NCBI RefSeq assembly: GCF_036321535.1
Contig: NC_087437.1
Coordinates: 61,382,001-61,446,000 of the forward strand
Reading direction: 5' to 3'
From: Camelus dromedarius
Taxonomy: Eukaryota
DNA length: 64,000 nucleotides
Below the pieces are notes generated by a model, which searched no databases, was not told where the DNA came from, and saw only the letters and a program-made list of their open reading frames with translations. Shown piece by piece: positions 54,201 through 64,000 of this stretch (within the stretch, counting starts at the first letter, position 1; each line of letters starts with the position of its first letter). A program made the translations under genes and the position numbers.

Positions 54201-57200
54201 AAGTGGGCTGATGGGCCCTTCTCCTGCCAGCCTTCTGGGTCCTTTCCTGATGGAGAGGGTCTGATAAACACTCCATTTCCTCAGCAGAGGTGGGAGAATC
54301 ACTACCTGGCAGAGGAAAAGGGGTTGCCCGGTGAAGAAACGTCTGGAAAAGGAAGAAGGATAGTTTGGGGTTCAGAGTGGCCCACGAGCAGAACACAGTT
54401 TAAGCGGGCTTTGGGGGGATAGAAACCAAGCCTGTCCTGGGAGCATCTTTCCGCGGGCTGGAGGCTGCCCCCTGCTGCCAAGTGTGGTATTGCTGACCTC
54501 TCTGCTCCCTCTGTAGCTCTGGAGAACTCTTTCCCCTGTCAGAACAAGTCCTGCCCTGCAAATTACTGCTATAACTACGGCCACTGCTACATCTCCCAGA
54601 CTGCGGACTGCCAGCCTGCCTGCATCTGCCCCCCAGCCTTCACCGACACTCGCTGCTTCCTGGCTGGAAACAATTTCACTCCAGCCGCCCGAGGTACGAC
54701 CAGATGCTCCGCCATCCCCAGTTCTCCGCTGGGGGCCAGGCTAAGTTCCTCAAACTCACAGGACAGAACTCCTAATTTCCCTCAGCTGGTGGTAAGCTGT
54801 AGAGCACGGGAGCGAGGAGGGGGCAGCTGTCACAGCAGGAACCAAGGGCCTGAGCCGTCTGCTGAGGAAAGACTGAAGGCCACCTCACAGCTCAGTGAGA
54901 CAAGAGTCGGGGAAGCCCTGGCCGTAGTCTAACACCCACTAGTGTGAGAGTCAATAGACTTGGCCACTTCTCCTGACTCTTCTGGTGACCTACTGTCACT
55001 GTAGATTTGGGCGGTCTTCTGGGCTGGCCTCCTTGGGTAAGTCTGGGTAAACCTGCGAGGCGATTACAAATCTGCTTCTCCCATCTCCAGAGCTTCCCAT
55101 AAGAATCATCCAGCTGTTACTCACTGAAGACGAAAATGCCTCCTCTGCAGATGTCAATGCCTCGGTCAGTGCTGCGGGCCAGCTCTGGGTGGGGAGGTGG
55201 ATCTTGGCAGGTTCAGGGCGGGGTCTCATCATGCATCTAGGGTTAACTGCCAGGGGCTGGAGCCTCCTGCCCCAGGGAAGGCTGGGGGTGAGGAAGGCAG
55301 AAAGGCCCAGGACAGATACCTCCAAAGGGGCTGGAATGACCAACTCACAATAGACAGAGTCCATGGTGTCAACACAGCCTCCCCTTCCGAGCATCCCTTG
55401 AGACTTGCACTTTGTTATTATATGGAAGAAACACAGTGGGCATTTCACCTCCAGGAAGCCTTCCCTGACTTCCCTGAAGGAGCTGGGGGCTCCCTCTTCT
55501 TGGCTCCCCTCCCTCGTCCATTCCCCAATCCCAGGCAAATAGCACAGTAGTTGAGTTTTGAGGCTCTAGAGTCCTACCTGGGTTCAAATTCTGGCACTGC
55601 CACTCACTAGAGCAGGTATGATAATTAGACAAATTATTTGATGTCTCATCTGTAAAAATAGAAAGAATTATAGGACTTATGTCAATAGGCCGTGTCAAGG
55701 TTTAAATGATAATGTACATAAAGCACTTAACGAGGTGCCTGAAACACAATGTATCACAAAATTACCAGAATAATTATTACAGTTGCTCCTACTTCTGCTG
55801 CTGCTGCTGCTGCTGCATGGTAAATCCGTTGATGTCTGTCTACCGTGCCAGACTATGGGTCTTTGAGTATGGACTGTTCCTTAGTCACACTGACATCCCC
55901 TGCACCTGGCCATCCCCAGGTCTGGCTACATGTGATTGGTGTTCATTATACATGTGCGGAGAAAATGAGTGAGTGATCAGAGGTAAAGTGGGGATCATTC
56001 ACTTCCAATTCTCACCTTGTGATAGGAGGTGCGGTGAGAGTACGTAAAGTCCTTCACTCACTAACACATTTCTATCAAGCAGGGACCCACCCTAGTCACC
56101 AGGCTAAGCTGGCGTGTAGGGATACAGAAATTCTGGTGGTACTGGGGCTCACACTCAAGGAAGGAAAGAAGGATGAATAAATGCACTAAAGTGGGAAGGG
56201 TCTCCTCTCTGGACTGAGCCTCACCCCACTTCCACCACCCCCAAATCCCCATCCTCTGTCTTAGGTGGCCTACAGGCTGAGGAACCTGGAAGTAAGGACT
56301 TTCCTCAGGAACAGAGAAGTGAATCAGATGTAAGTGCGACTGTCCCTACCTGGTCCTCACCTGGCCCCTGGGGCCTCGCCTACGCCCCTGCCCACTCAGC
56401 CGCTCACTGTGCCTCTCCTACACAGAGATTCTCCAGCCTCAGGAAGCTCAGTTCACCACTGGAAGATCATCTCGGAGTTCCAGTACCTCCCTGGGGGCCC
56501 TGTCATTGACTTCTTGAACACTCAGCTGCTGGACGCTGTGGTGGAGGCCTTCTTACCCCAGGCCCAGTGGAGGAGGAGAAAGAGAAGTGAGGGGCCCAGG
56601 AGCAATGTGATTTTCTACCCTATCTCCAGAGAAGACGTGCACAGTGTGATGGCTTGTGAGTCACTGTCTTGGGGACAGTTACTGGGGTAGCTAAGGGAGG
56701 AGAAGCAGAGGGAGCCTGGCCCAGAGCTTCAGCCCAACCAGCCATGGCTGAAATGTATTCTACAGTGGGCCACAGACAAGAAACAAGTTAATTTACTTTT
56801 TTGTTTGTAACTTTTGAGAGAAATTATAAACATTTTACGCACCATCCTTCTAGATTCAACAGCAGGAGCGCAAAATACTGCTTGATGCACCCCCACGTGT
56901 ACAGCTTCACAGAACAATCGCTCCAACTGCCTGACCATCACTCCTAATGGTTTTCTTTCTATAAAATTGTTATATATAATGATTTGGTTTAAAGACCATT
57001 GCACTTTATAAACATAAACAAGGACATCCTTTGTGCCTTTGCCCTCTGGCTGGAGATATTAAGTTGAAGGCTGGAGACCTGGCCCAGGGATAGAGACATC
57101 CCCTCCCTGAAAGAATGTGACCCCGTGCAAAAGCCATCTGAAACTGGGCCTCAACAACCCCATCTGGAAAATGAGATGGGACTTCTGAGGGCTCTTTCAA

Positions 57201-59725
57201 CTCCGAGAGCCCCCAGTTGATGGGAATGAGAGGTTGGCAAGTCTACCAGAGAAGAAAAGGAATGGCCCACCCTACTTTGTGAGTGAGGCAGAGAACAGGG
57301 CAGGGACCATGCCAGACCCAACGGAAGCTGCTCTGTTCCGTGAGTCCAGGACAAGCAAGAGCTTCTTCTAGAATCCAGACTAAGCCTCCTTCCTCCCAGG
57401 CGGCAACAATGTGAAATCCTCCCAACTATTATGTGTATGTGTGGCAGGGAAGAAGGGTTGGGGGTAAGGGAATGACTACCCTAGATATGACTGTGCCTTT
57501 TGTTAGAGAAAATAAACAATAAAAGCCCCACAACTTTTACTATATAAGTACAATATGTTTATTGTAGAAACTAGGAAACACAAATTAACAAAAAGAAAAA
57601 AAAATCACCTGTAATCTCAATACCCAAAGACAAATTCATTTAACACACATTCTTCTGAATTTTCTTTTATGCATAGGAAATTTCACACATATCAATATTG
57701 TTTTACAATAAAGGGATCAAATCATACCTAATGTTTGATAACTTCCTCATTACTTAAACAATTATGAACATATTGCCTTGTATATTATATACATATTCCA
57801 ATTTGATATATCATTTTACAGTTTTAATATAGGGTGGTATATTTTAAACAGAATATTATACTAACAGCGACCGTTTATTGAGAGCTTACCATGTCAGGCA
57901 CTGTACTGAATACTCTGCATATATTATCTCCCTTAAACTTTACAGCAAGGTAGTTTCCTTTTAAAAATAAGGAAACTGAGGCTGAAAGAGGTAGGAAATT
58001 TCCTCCAATTCACACAACTAGTTAGTAGAATTTGAATTTCAGCTCAGGTCTGGCTGACGTCAAAGCATATACTCTTAACCAATGCATTTTCTATTCCATG
58101 GTGCTTACTGGTTGCACAATATTCTTTATTAAACAAAACCACTCCTGTCAAGCATTGTTGGTATTATAAACCATGCTATTCTGGGCTTCCATGAACATGT
58201 GTAGCTTTTGTGCGTGTTTCCAATTATTTCTCAGGATAAGTGCCTGGAAATGGAATTCTTGATTGAAAAGATACAGATTTGGTATTAATCAGTTGTGTTC
58301 CATTGTTCACTTGTGTCCTGCCTGACAGTGAATGTGAGCACACTGGAAACTTACCTCCAATGCAACAGCTACAAGGGCTACCGCCTGGTCTTCAGCCCCC
58401 AGAGCGGCTTCACCTGCGTGTCCCCATGCAGCGAGGGCTACTGTGAGCACGGAGGCCAGTGCCAGCACCTGCCTGATGGACCCCGCTGCAGGTGAGTGGG
58501 GCTGGGGACAGGAGGTGGAGGGCAGTGCTGGGGAATCCAAGCTGGGCAAAGATACTGCAAGGGGTCCGGAAATGCCGTGGTACCTCCCGGTGTCTGAAAA
58601 TTAGGATGCTTCCCTTTGTAATTAAGAGAAAGGGGATCAGAGAAAAAGGGACAATGGAAAAGAAGACGTGTGAGTGCCTACCCTGTGTAGAGAATAAAGA
58701 TGCTATATTACCTCTGCAGCTCAAACCAGTTACAGGGTGGATATTATGACCATTTTAAAAATGCGAAAGCTGCAGCTTAGAGATGATAGGGAACCTGCCC
58801 GCGGCACCCAGTAAGTTAAGTAGCAGTTAAGGGCTGGATAAGTAGCAGTTAAGCAGCAGTTAAGTAGCAGGATAAGGGCTCCAAAGCCAAACTCTTCCAC
58901 CAGATTTTGCTTCTTGGGTGGACAGCCTGCTGTCTCCTTGTGGAAAAGGAACCCCCTGTCCTGTGTCCAGGCCCGGCCCTGCCCCTCCTTAACAGTACCA
59001 GTCAGTGAGGTCCCTCTCAAACCGGCGCCCTCTGTTCCCTTGTTCCCTCTGTTCCCTTGATTTATTAGCAGTCTGCGGGGCTCTTGTGAGGGGAGCTCAG
59101 GACTGCTAAGAAGAGCAGCGCCACCCGGGCCCTCTTGTGACATCAGCGTCCTCCGTCTGCGTCAACGGTTGCCCACTGCAGCGGGGTCCAAGGAGGGGAC
59201 TGATGGAGCTGGGCACCGGGGCAGGGGAGGGGGGCGAGGGGGCAGCGCTGAGAGATGGGGCTGGGTTTGTGACTGCGCATGCTCACCTGCGGCCAGCCCC
59301 GCACCTCCTCGCTGTCCAGGTGGAGGTGACCCAGGTGAATTAATCTCCACGCCCGCCTCAGTTGCCCAGTGGCCTTGCTTCAGCCCCGCCTCAGGGCTGA
59401 CTCCGCCTCTTCCCTAGAGGGGAGCCCAGCCTGTCGTGGAAAACCTCCCTGGCCCTGGAGGCGGGGTGGAGAGGCTAAGCCCCAGCCTCCTCCCCTGCTG
59501 ACCCTGTCCCCTCTCTCTGTCCCCAGCTGTGTGCCCTCCTCCATCTACACGGCCTGGGGCATGCGCTGTGAGCACCTGAGCGTGAAATATGACGCCTTCC
59601 TCGGGATCCTCTTCGGGTCCCTGGGCGCCCTCTTGCTGCTGGGGCTCGCGGTGTTTGTGGTCCTGCGCTTCTGCGGCTGCAGCGGGACCCGTTACTCCTC
59701 CTACCCGCTGAACTGCGAAAACTGA
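13276..59725 (+). CDS. MUC4: Mucin-4, complete 25-exon gene (spliced CDS 8199 nt, 2732 aa)
   Basis: All exons have GT-AG boundaries, compatible phases and no internal stop. Architecture is signal peptide-PTS-NIDO-AMOP-GDPH-vWD-EGF-TM, diagnostic of MUC4. Peptides such as [17 protein letters not shown] and [14 protein letters not shown] match MUC4. Confidence 0.97.
17330..18050 (-). mobile_element. L2 LINE fragment
   Basis: (CATT)n tail followed by typical antisense L2 3' sequence. Confidence 0.6.
18509..20630 (+). pseudogene. Cluster of degenerate PTS-mucin-like pseudo-exons in MUC4 intron 1
   Basis: Three blocks, each following a polypyrimidine-AG, encode Ser/Thr/Pro-rich peptides broken by frameshifts and stops. 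One block recalls human MUC4 exon 2 sequence (see findings). Confidence 0.55.
21570..21689 (+). mobile_element. tRNA-derived SINE, camelid Vic-1-like
   Basis: ATAGCTCAAGTGGTAGAG..GTTCAATCCCCAGTACC; perfect target-site duplication AAGAGGCAGCTGCA (21556-21569 / 21690-21703). Confidence 0.85.
22707..22735. repeat. (GT)n microsatellite
   Basis: Directly visible. Confidence 0.95.
23118..23182 (+). mobile_element. Extremely 5'-truncated L1 tail (about 65 bp)
   Basis: GCTGTACACCAGAAATTGACACAACATTGTAAACTG plus A-rich tail, flanked by a diverged duplication AAGAATAAGACTGGGGAT / AAGAATAAGGCTGAGAAT. Confidence 0.7.
24249..24295. repeat. (TC)n(CA)n compound microsatellite
   Basis: Directly visible. 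Confidence 0.9.
24890..27740 (-). mobile_element. Nested or adjacent old L1 (L1M-type) fragments: ORF2 remnants and a 3' UTR (about 25960-26640)
   Basis: T-rich antisense L1 motifs (TCATCTGCAAA at about 25160, TCACCTGCAAA at about 26640, GCTGCTATGAACAT, CCCACCAACAG). Confidence 0.8.
30455..30700. mobile_element. hAT DNA transposon fragment (MER96B-like)
   Basis: GGGCCCTAGGCACTTTTGCCTTC motif; family from recall. Confidence 0.45.
31816..36516 (+). CDS. MUC4: MUC4 exon 2, PTS mucin domain with 152-aa tandem repeats (4701 nt)
   Basis: Acceptor tttaaag|GCACT, donor TCAG|GTGGGT, phase 1-1. Lies within the 1598-aa Ser/Thr/Pro-rich ORF. Confidence 0.93.
31896..36130 (+). repeat. Coding tandem repeat, 456-bp (152-aa) unit, 9 full copies plus a partial 10th
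   Basis: CCAGTCACTTC recurs at 31896, 32352, 32808, 33264, 33720, 34176, 34632, 35088, 35544 and 36000 (exact 456 spacing). Confidence 0.98.
36852..37001 (+). CDS. MUC4: MUC4 exon 3 ([10 protein letters not shown]...PIKPEKG)
   Basis: ccag|GAACA acceptor, AAG|GTCCGT donor, 150 nt, phase 1-1, Ser/Thr-rich. Confidence 0.88.
38321..38454 (+). CDS. MUC4: MUC4 exon 4 (GVSLFPYG...SLRDSLY)
   Basis: cag|GAGTT ... CTAC|GTGAGT, 134 nt. Confidence 0.95.
39375..39533 (+). CDS. MUC4: MUC4 exon 5, NIDO region (FTDNGQIIF...APFWDDADF...FYQ)
   Basis: cag|TTC ... CAG|GTGAG, 159 nt. Confidence 0.95.
40262..40417 (+). CDS. MUC4: MUC4 exon 6, NIDO (EYETLY...WTLKVTWV...TFG)
   Basis: tag|GAA ... GGG|GTAAGT, 156 nt. 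Confidence 0.95.
41485..41615 (+). CDS. MUC4: MUC4 exon 7, NIDO ([12 protein letters not shown]...MGFT)
   Basis: cag|ACC ... AG|GTAGG, 131 nt. Confidence 0.95.
43148..43236 (+). CDS. MUC4: MUC4 exon 8 ([10 protein letters not shown]...LDSNSG)
   Basis: cag|TGGA ... TCAG|GTAAAA, 89 nt. Confidence 0.95.
44565..44729 (+). CDS. MUC4: MUC4 exon 9, NIDO end and AMOP start (GLRGLQ...CPCSWQQG...INIG)
   Basis: cag|GCCTC ... ATAG|GTGAC, 165 nt. Confidence 0.93.
44912..45037 (+). CDS. MUC4: MUC4 exon 10, AMOP ([17 protein letters not shown])
   Basis: cag|GCTGG ... TTTG|GTACGT, 126 nt. Confidence 0.94.
45811..45930 (+). CDS. MUC4: MUC4 exon 11, AMOP end ([11 protein letters not shown]...YQPPRP)
   Basis: cag|ACCAA ... 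CCCG|GTGAGG, 120 nt. Confidence 0.95.
46311..46519 (+). CDS. MUC4: MUC4 exon 12, vWD start with GDPH cleavage site (46322-46333)
   Basis: [14 protein letters not shown]; cag|CCTGG ... ACG|GTGAGG, 209 nt. Confidence 0.97.
47013..47097 (+). CDS. MUC4: MUC4 exon 13, vWD (VQWFLEPND...EGAEG)
   Basis: cag|GTT ... GAAG|GTAGG, 85 nt. Confidence 0.93.
47567..47734 (+). CDS. MUC4: MUC4 exon 14, vWD ([10 protein letters not shown]...TEGLMG)
   Basis: tag|GCCAG ... ATGG|GTAAGG, 168 nt. Confidence 0.95.
48291..48392 (+). CDS. MUC4: MUC4 exon 15, vWD end ([16 protein letters not shown]...YGMT)
   Basis: cag|GGTTC ... ACCT|GTGAGT, 102 nt. Confidence 0.95.
48780..49013 (+). CDS. MUC4: MUC4 exon 16 ([10 protein letters not shown]...[10 protein letters not shown]...MNSTL)
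   Basis: tag|GGGAA ... CTGA|GTAAGT, 234 nt. Confidence 0.95.
49125..49650 (+). mobile_element. L2 LINE fragment
   Basis: Pyrimidine-rich L2 3' region ending AAATATTTGTTGAGTGACTGAATGAAT. Confidence 0.65.
50114..50251 (+). CDS. MUC4: MUC4 exon 17 (NQYPPPIEG...DFKLF)
   Basis: cag|ATCAG ... TTTG|GTAAGA, 138 nt. Confidence 0.94.
51703..51884 (+). CDS. MUC4: MUC4 exon 18 (ENGTLLWTP...[12 protein letters not shown]...SLE)
   Basis: cag|AGAAT ... GAG|GTGAGT, 182 nt. Confidence 0.95.
53396..53555 (+). CDS. MUC4: MUC4 exon 19, Cys-rich/EGF-like (VANCMCDE...GDGRHCT)
   Basis: cag|GTGGC ... ACAT|GTGAGC, 160 nt. Confidence 0.95.
54517..54693 (+). CDS. MUC4: MUC4 exon 20, EGF-like ([12 protein letters not shown]...[12 protein letters not shown])
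   Basis: tag|CTCTG ... CGAG|GTACGA, 177 nt. Confidence 0.94.
55091..55164 (+). CDS. MUC4: MUC4 exon 21 (ELPIRIIQL...VNAS)
   Basis: cag|AGCTT ... TCG|GTCAGT, 74 nt. Confidence 0.93.
56265..56329 (+). CDS. MUC4: MUC4 exon 22 ([16 protein letters not shown])
   Basis: tag|GTGGC ... AGAT|GTAAGT, 65 nt. Confidence 0.93.
56426..56655 (+). CDS. MUC4: MUC4 exon 23 (DSPASGS...ISEFQY...RRRKRSE...VMA)
   Basis: cag|AGATT ... GCTT|GTGAGT, 230 nt. Confidence 0.93.
58329..58491 (+). CDS. MUC4: MUC4 exon 24, membrane-proximal EGF-like ([16 protein letters not shown])
   Basis: cag|TGAAT ... GCAG|GTGAGT, 163 nt. Confidence 0.95.
59527..59725 (+). CDS. MUC4: MUC4 exon 25 coding part: EGF end, TM helix ([24 protein letters not shown]), tail [19 protein letters not shown]
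   Basis: cag|CTGTG acceptor, hydrophobic stretch, TGA at 59723-59725. Confidence 0.95.
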
Positions 59726-60046
59726 GGCCTCGCCCGAAAGGAGCAGCTCTGGCCTAGGATGCCTCACGACCCACCCCAGCCTCACCTGCACACACTTCCA
59801 AGCGCCGTGGTTTGGGAGAGACTGGAAAAAGGAAGATGATTGAAGGCTTTCCCAAGAAAAATGAGTAATGAGAATGAATGATAAAGACGAGATCACATCT
59901 TGTGAGCACAGTGGACACAGAGGCTGGTCCGTAAAGACCTACTACATAAATGGACAGAGTCTCACACGGACATACCCACAAAGAGGACACCGACCTACAG
60001 AAAGACGTACATGCACACACCAGAGTTAATGGGGTGATGGCTCTAA

Positions 60047-60114
60047 ATTAAAAACCAAAATAAATTTGCACACAAAACTCTAGTTTACTTCTGATTAAAG
60101 TCTATTTAAATAAA
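60047..60114 (+). terminator. Polyadenylation signal cluster of MUC4
   Basis: ATTAAA 60047, AATAAA 60059, ATTAAA 60094, AATAAA 60109, followed by a T/GT-rich element (cttcttgtgttt), about 330-390 nt after the stop. Confidence 0.75.
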
Positions 60115-61189
60115 ATCCCTCTGACTTCTTGTGTTTCCAAAGCCATGGATTTCATTCATGATTTTCCTCTGGCGGCTGAAGGGCTTGGCACAGAGGTTAG
60201 AGGCGCAGAGATGCTTCAGCCCTCAGTTACTCTACATTGGGGAGCTCAGTTGCTCTAGCCCAGACTTGGATCCTTGCTTCAGCCTCCACATCACTTTCTT
60301 CCCCTCCCCCCAACACAAGCCAAGGCCTGGCCTCTGGGGAAGATGGTAAAGATACCCCAGTATGGAGTATCCTCAACTTTCTCCCAGGACTCCTCCCTGC
60401 CTTGCTGGTCTCTGCACATCAGTTTCAAGGGGATAAATACACGGTGTCTTTTCCTATCTGGTTCCTGTACCCTCTGCCTGTGTTCCCTGGAGGAGGGATT
60501 AAATCATTTCAGCTCCCTTCCCAGGAATCACCCCATCATTAGACCCAGGGTACCCAACCCCTGATGCACTGTCTCTGTCCTCTCCTGGGCTCCAGGTGGA
60601 GTCTTCTGAGCTGCTCCACCCTGTAGTCCCTCAGTCTCACTCTGCCTGCCACTGATCAGTTTCCACCTCATCCTTCTCTCCCTTAGCAGGCAGAACGTTA
60701 CACTTACATTGCACAGCTCCGGCAACAACCAATCCACACCCTCTGTGTCTAGAGCACCTCATTTCCAACTCTGTGTAGAAACTGGGTAGTTGCCTCTTGG
60801 TCCTATATCCCAAGTCCACAAAGAGAGAATCTGATTGGCCCAGCTTATATCAGTTGTCAATTTCTGATCCAATCAACAGTAGCCTGGAAAAGGCAAAACT
60901 ACGGAGAGTAAAAAGCTTCAGTGGAAGTTTCTTGTCAGAAAAGTTCCACCTAATGTTGTCATCATGGCCTTGCGTTCTTTACCTCCTGAGTTTGTGTTGA
61001 GTCACCGGTGACTTTAGACAGGCCACCTTGTTTAGGCCCACACCCACCCTGCTGTTATGAGATAATGTGGCATTTCACCCCATATGTACACACCTTTGAA
61101 TCTTAAATAACTGGAGAATTTTCTCCAGGCACTTCTGGTTCTTGCTAGTTTGGTAACATTACTTCTGCTAACTGGTCATCTCCAGTAAT

Positions 61190-61227
61190 TCTCTCTCTGT
61201 CTCTCTCTCTCTGTCTCTCTCTCTCTA

Positions 61228-61268
<41 letters not shown>
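61190..61268. repeat. (TC)n(CA)n compound microsatellite
   Basis: Directly visible. Confidence 0.9.
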
Positions 61269-62189
61269 GAAGCATAATTACACACTTTAATTCCTAAGTG
61301 CTTCTAATTGGTGTATCCCATATTTTACAAAATTTTTGCTTCCAATAATAACAGTAATCAGTACTGTATATACATGTATATACTTATATAGAGAGAATTA
61401 AGATGAAAATTTCCACTTTATTAGGTATTATCTGTTTGAATAAGTGTAAAGCAAGAAAAGAAAAACTATCCAAAAAAAAAGAAGAAAAACTATTTAAAAA
61501 TTGGATTTATATAACAGCAGTGTTATGTAAACTGCTCTCCATTCATGCCTCACTATAGTCCAGTTTAAAAATAATTATATCATTAAATTTATATTGTTAC
61601 TTCAACATTGAATGCCATTATCTTACCAATCAGAGCTCATATTTAATGGTCATTTGCTCACATGGCCCATCACCTAAGTCATTTAGCAAACATTTGAGTG
61701 CCTTCCATGTACAGGGGTCTGTGCTAGGTTCTGGGTTACAGAGACCAAAACCACATGGTGCATATCCTGAAGCATGTATGATTTTAAAAACTTAAACAAA
61801 CCAATCATGATATAGCATATTAAGTGTTATAACAGAAACATAAAGAGACTAGTAAATTAGTTCCTCTTTAGGGAATTTGAGGAAAGCCACCACAAGAAGG
61901 TGCTGGATGAACTGAGCTTCTAAGCATAAGTAGGAGTTTTCGTCCCCCTACTAACTTTAATCCATGTGGGAAGAGACATCTTTAATCCCCCCACAGCACA
62001 CAACACAGTCTTTCTTTTATTGTAGGTGTTGAACAAATATGCCAGCATGAGTGTTTGAATTATTTTTGTCCAACCTACTTTATAAAACTCATTCTGCCCC
62101 ACACTTCTAGAGGAAGAGGGTGAAATGAATACACATACTTCCCTTTTTGGAGCAATATGCAAGTTGTCTTGCTGTTTCCTTCTTTACTT

Positions 62190-63045
62190 AGCAAATATTT
62201 ATGTGCCAGGCTCTGTCCAAGACCCTAGGGATCCTGCAATGTGCAAACTCTTTCATTCTAGTTGAGGGAGAGAGATAATAAATAAGACAAATAAATAAAA
62301 TATGTATTAGGTTAGGTTGTGATCAGTGTTATGAAGAAAAATCAAAGCAGAAGAGGGTGGTCAGGTAGACCCACTGAGAAGCTGAAGGAGGAGGAGGAGG
62401 ATTTAGCCAAGTGAATATCTGGAGGAGAAGCATTCTAAGCAGACTGAGCAATGCATGCAAAGATCCCGAGGCAGGACTGTGCATTCAAGGAACAGCAAGG
62501 AAGTCAGTGTAGCTTGTGTGTCATGAACAAGTTCAAGAGGACAGCAGAGAGGTACAGATGGTTTACAGTTTTGCGGGCCATTGTAGGAATGTGGCTTTTT
62601 CTCTGAAAGAAATGGGAGGGTTTGGAGCAAAGGAGTGACATAGTCTGCCTTACATTATAAAAAGACAGCTCTGGCTGATGTACTGAACTAGACAAGGGAT
62701 GGGGGACAAGGGTAGAAACACGGAGGCCTGGTGGGAGGATACTAGTCATCCAGGTGAGAGGTGATGGCAACTTGGACCACGGTGAGAGCAGTGGAGATGG
62801 TGAGGAGGGGTCACATTATGGGCGTATTTTGATGACAGTAGAGCCAACAGAATTTCCTCATGAATTGGATATAAAATGTGAAAGAAATAGAGGAATAGGA
62901 AATAGTTCCAAGGATTTGGGCTTAAACAACTGAAGGAAGTAATTGACATTAACTGAGATGAGGAAGATGCAGGTAGAGCAGGTTTAGGGGAAAGGTTAGT
63001 ACTTTGATTTTGGAAATGTTGAATGTAAGGTATCTATTGGTGGAG
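62190..63045 (-). mobile_element. L2 LINE fragment
   Basis: Antisense L2 motifs (CAAATATTTATGTGCCAGGC, GGAGTGACATAGTCTG, CCAGGTGAGAGGTGATGG). Confidence 0.65.
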
Positions 63046-64000
63046 ATCAACTAGAACCATCCATGCGGAGAGGCTGAACACCTACATTAACAATAGTTGT
63101 ATGAGATACAACTAGACAACTCTCGACAGCTAAGGGTAGGATGGAGTTTAGACATTTTTTTCTTTCTCTTCCCCCCCCCCATCTCATTTCTTCTCCCCTC
63201 CCCTTGGTCCTTTCAGATTTTCTCAAAATTTTTAAATCATAAGCAAGTTTTACTTCTACCATAGAAAAAAATTAGCCACTTTTAATTTTAAAAAGTAACA
63301 TGACAAGAGTTATGAGAAGAGGAATAATTAAGTATTGCCTGTGTTGAGAATTTGAAATTCAAGTCAACTCAACAAGCATTCTCTGTGATCTGACTATGGG
63401 CCAGGCACTGGGCTAAGTTCAGGTGACATCGATAAACAGATGTGGTTTCTGCTCTGAAGGAGCTCACAGCTCAAAAGGCTCCGGGGTCAGCCCCAGTTAG
63501 TGCTGTAATCAAGGTCCAAACCAGGAACCAGAGGAGCATAAAGGAGGGAGGTAGCAGTGAGGGTGCACTAAATCCCAGTATCATCAAAATGTGTCCCTGG
63601 ACCACAATGAGTGTAATTTTAATGTAGGATGGAAGCACACAGCAGGTAACAGATAGGTGATCAAGTGACTTTTTACTGAAACACAACACATGTGCCAGGG
63701 GAGGTTCCAGGACATCTGTGTAGGGGAAGACCCCCTCCCTACACACATACGTGAGGCATATGTGAGCCAGGGTCCCACTGCCCTGTAAGTAAGGGCAAGG
63801 CCTCAGGCCTGCTGATCTACGTGGGAAACTTCCAGGTACATCTCAAGCAGTAACATGGCTCCAGTCCTAGTGGGGCCCGGGCCACAGGCAGCACTGTCCC
63901 TCTTCAGCGCACGGCCATGCTGGGTCACAGCTGATGTTCTTCAGCTCCTCCTGACACGCAGCAGGGAGACACGGACGAGAGGCAAGCACAGTTCACGGTG

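Noticed and set aside
60200..64000. Exons of neighbouring genes (MUC20 or TNK2 expected by synteny) in the flanks
   Set aside because: I recognised no coding exons here or in 1-13000; both flanks are mostly repeats.

Overview
Mammalian genomic DNA, most likely from a camelid (three Vic-1-like tRNA-derived SINEs and cetartiodactyl-type L1 tails). It carries one complete, apparently intact protein-coding gene on the + strand: the membrane mucin MUC4. I traced 25 GT-AG exons from ATG 13276 to TGA 59725 with consistent phases; the CDS is 8199 nt (2732 aa). Domain order: signal peptide, a 4.7-kb Pro/Thr/Ser (PTS) exon 2, NIDO, AMOP, the GDPH cleavage site, vWD, EGF-like domains, transmembrane helix and a short tail. 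The rest is introns and flanks with ordinary interspersed repeats. Points worth follow-up: (1) a cluster of decayed PTS-coding pseudo-exons inside intron 1 (about 18.5-20.6 kb), one resembling the unique part of human exon 2 that the active exon 2 here largely lacks; (2) a 456-bp/152-aa tandem repeat that splits into about 126 aa plus an internal 26-aa duplication, in an A-B-C-B-C-C-B-A-A order; (3) an RRRKR|S furin-type site in MUC4-beta; (4) an in-frame uORF and a stop-introducing alternative acceptor. I found no evidence of a wholly new biological system. Comparisons with human and rodent MUC4 and repeat family names are from memory and need database confirmation.
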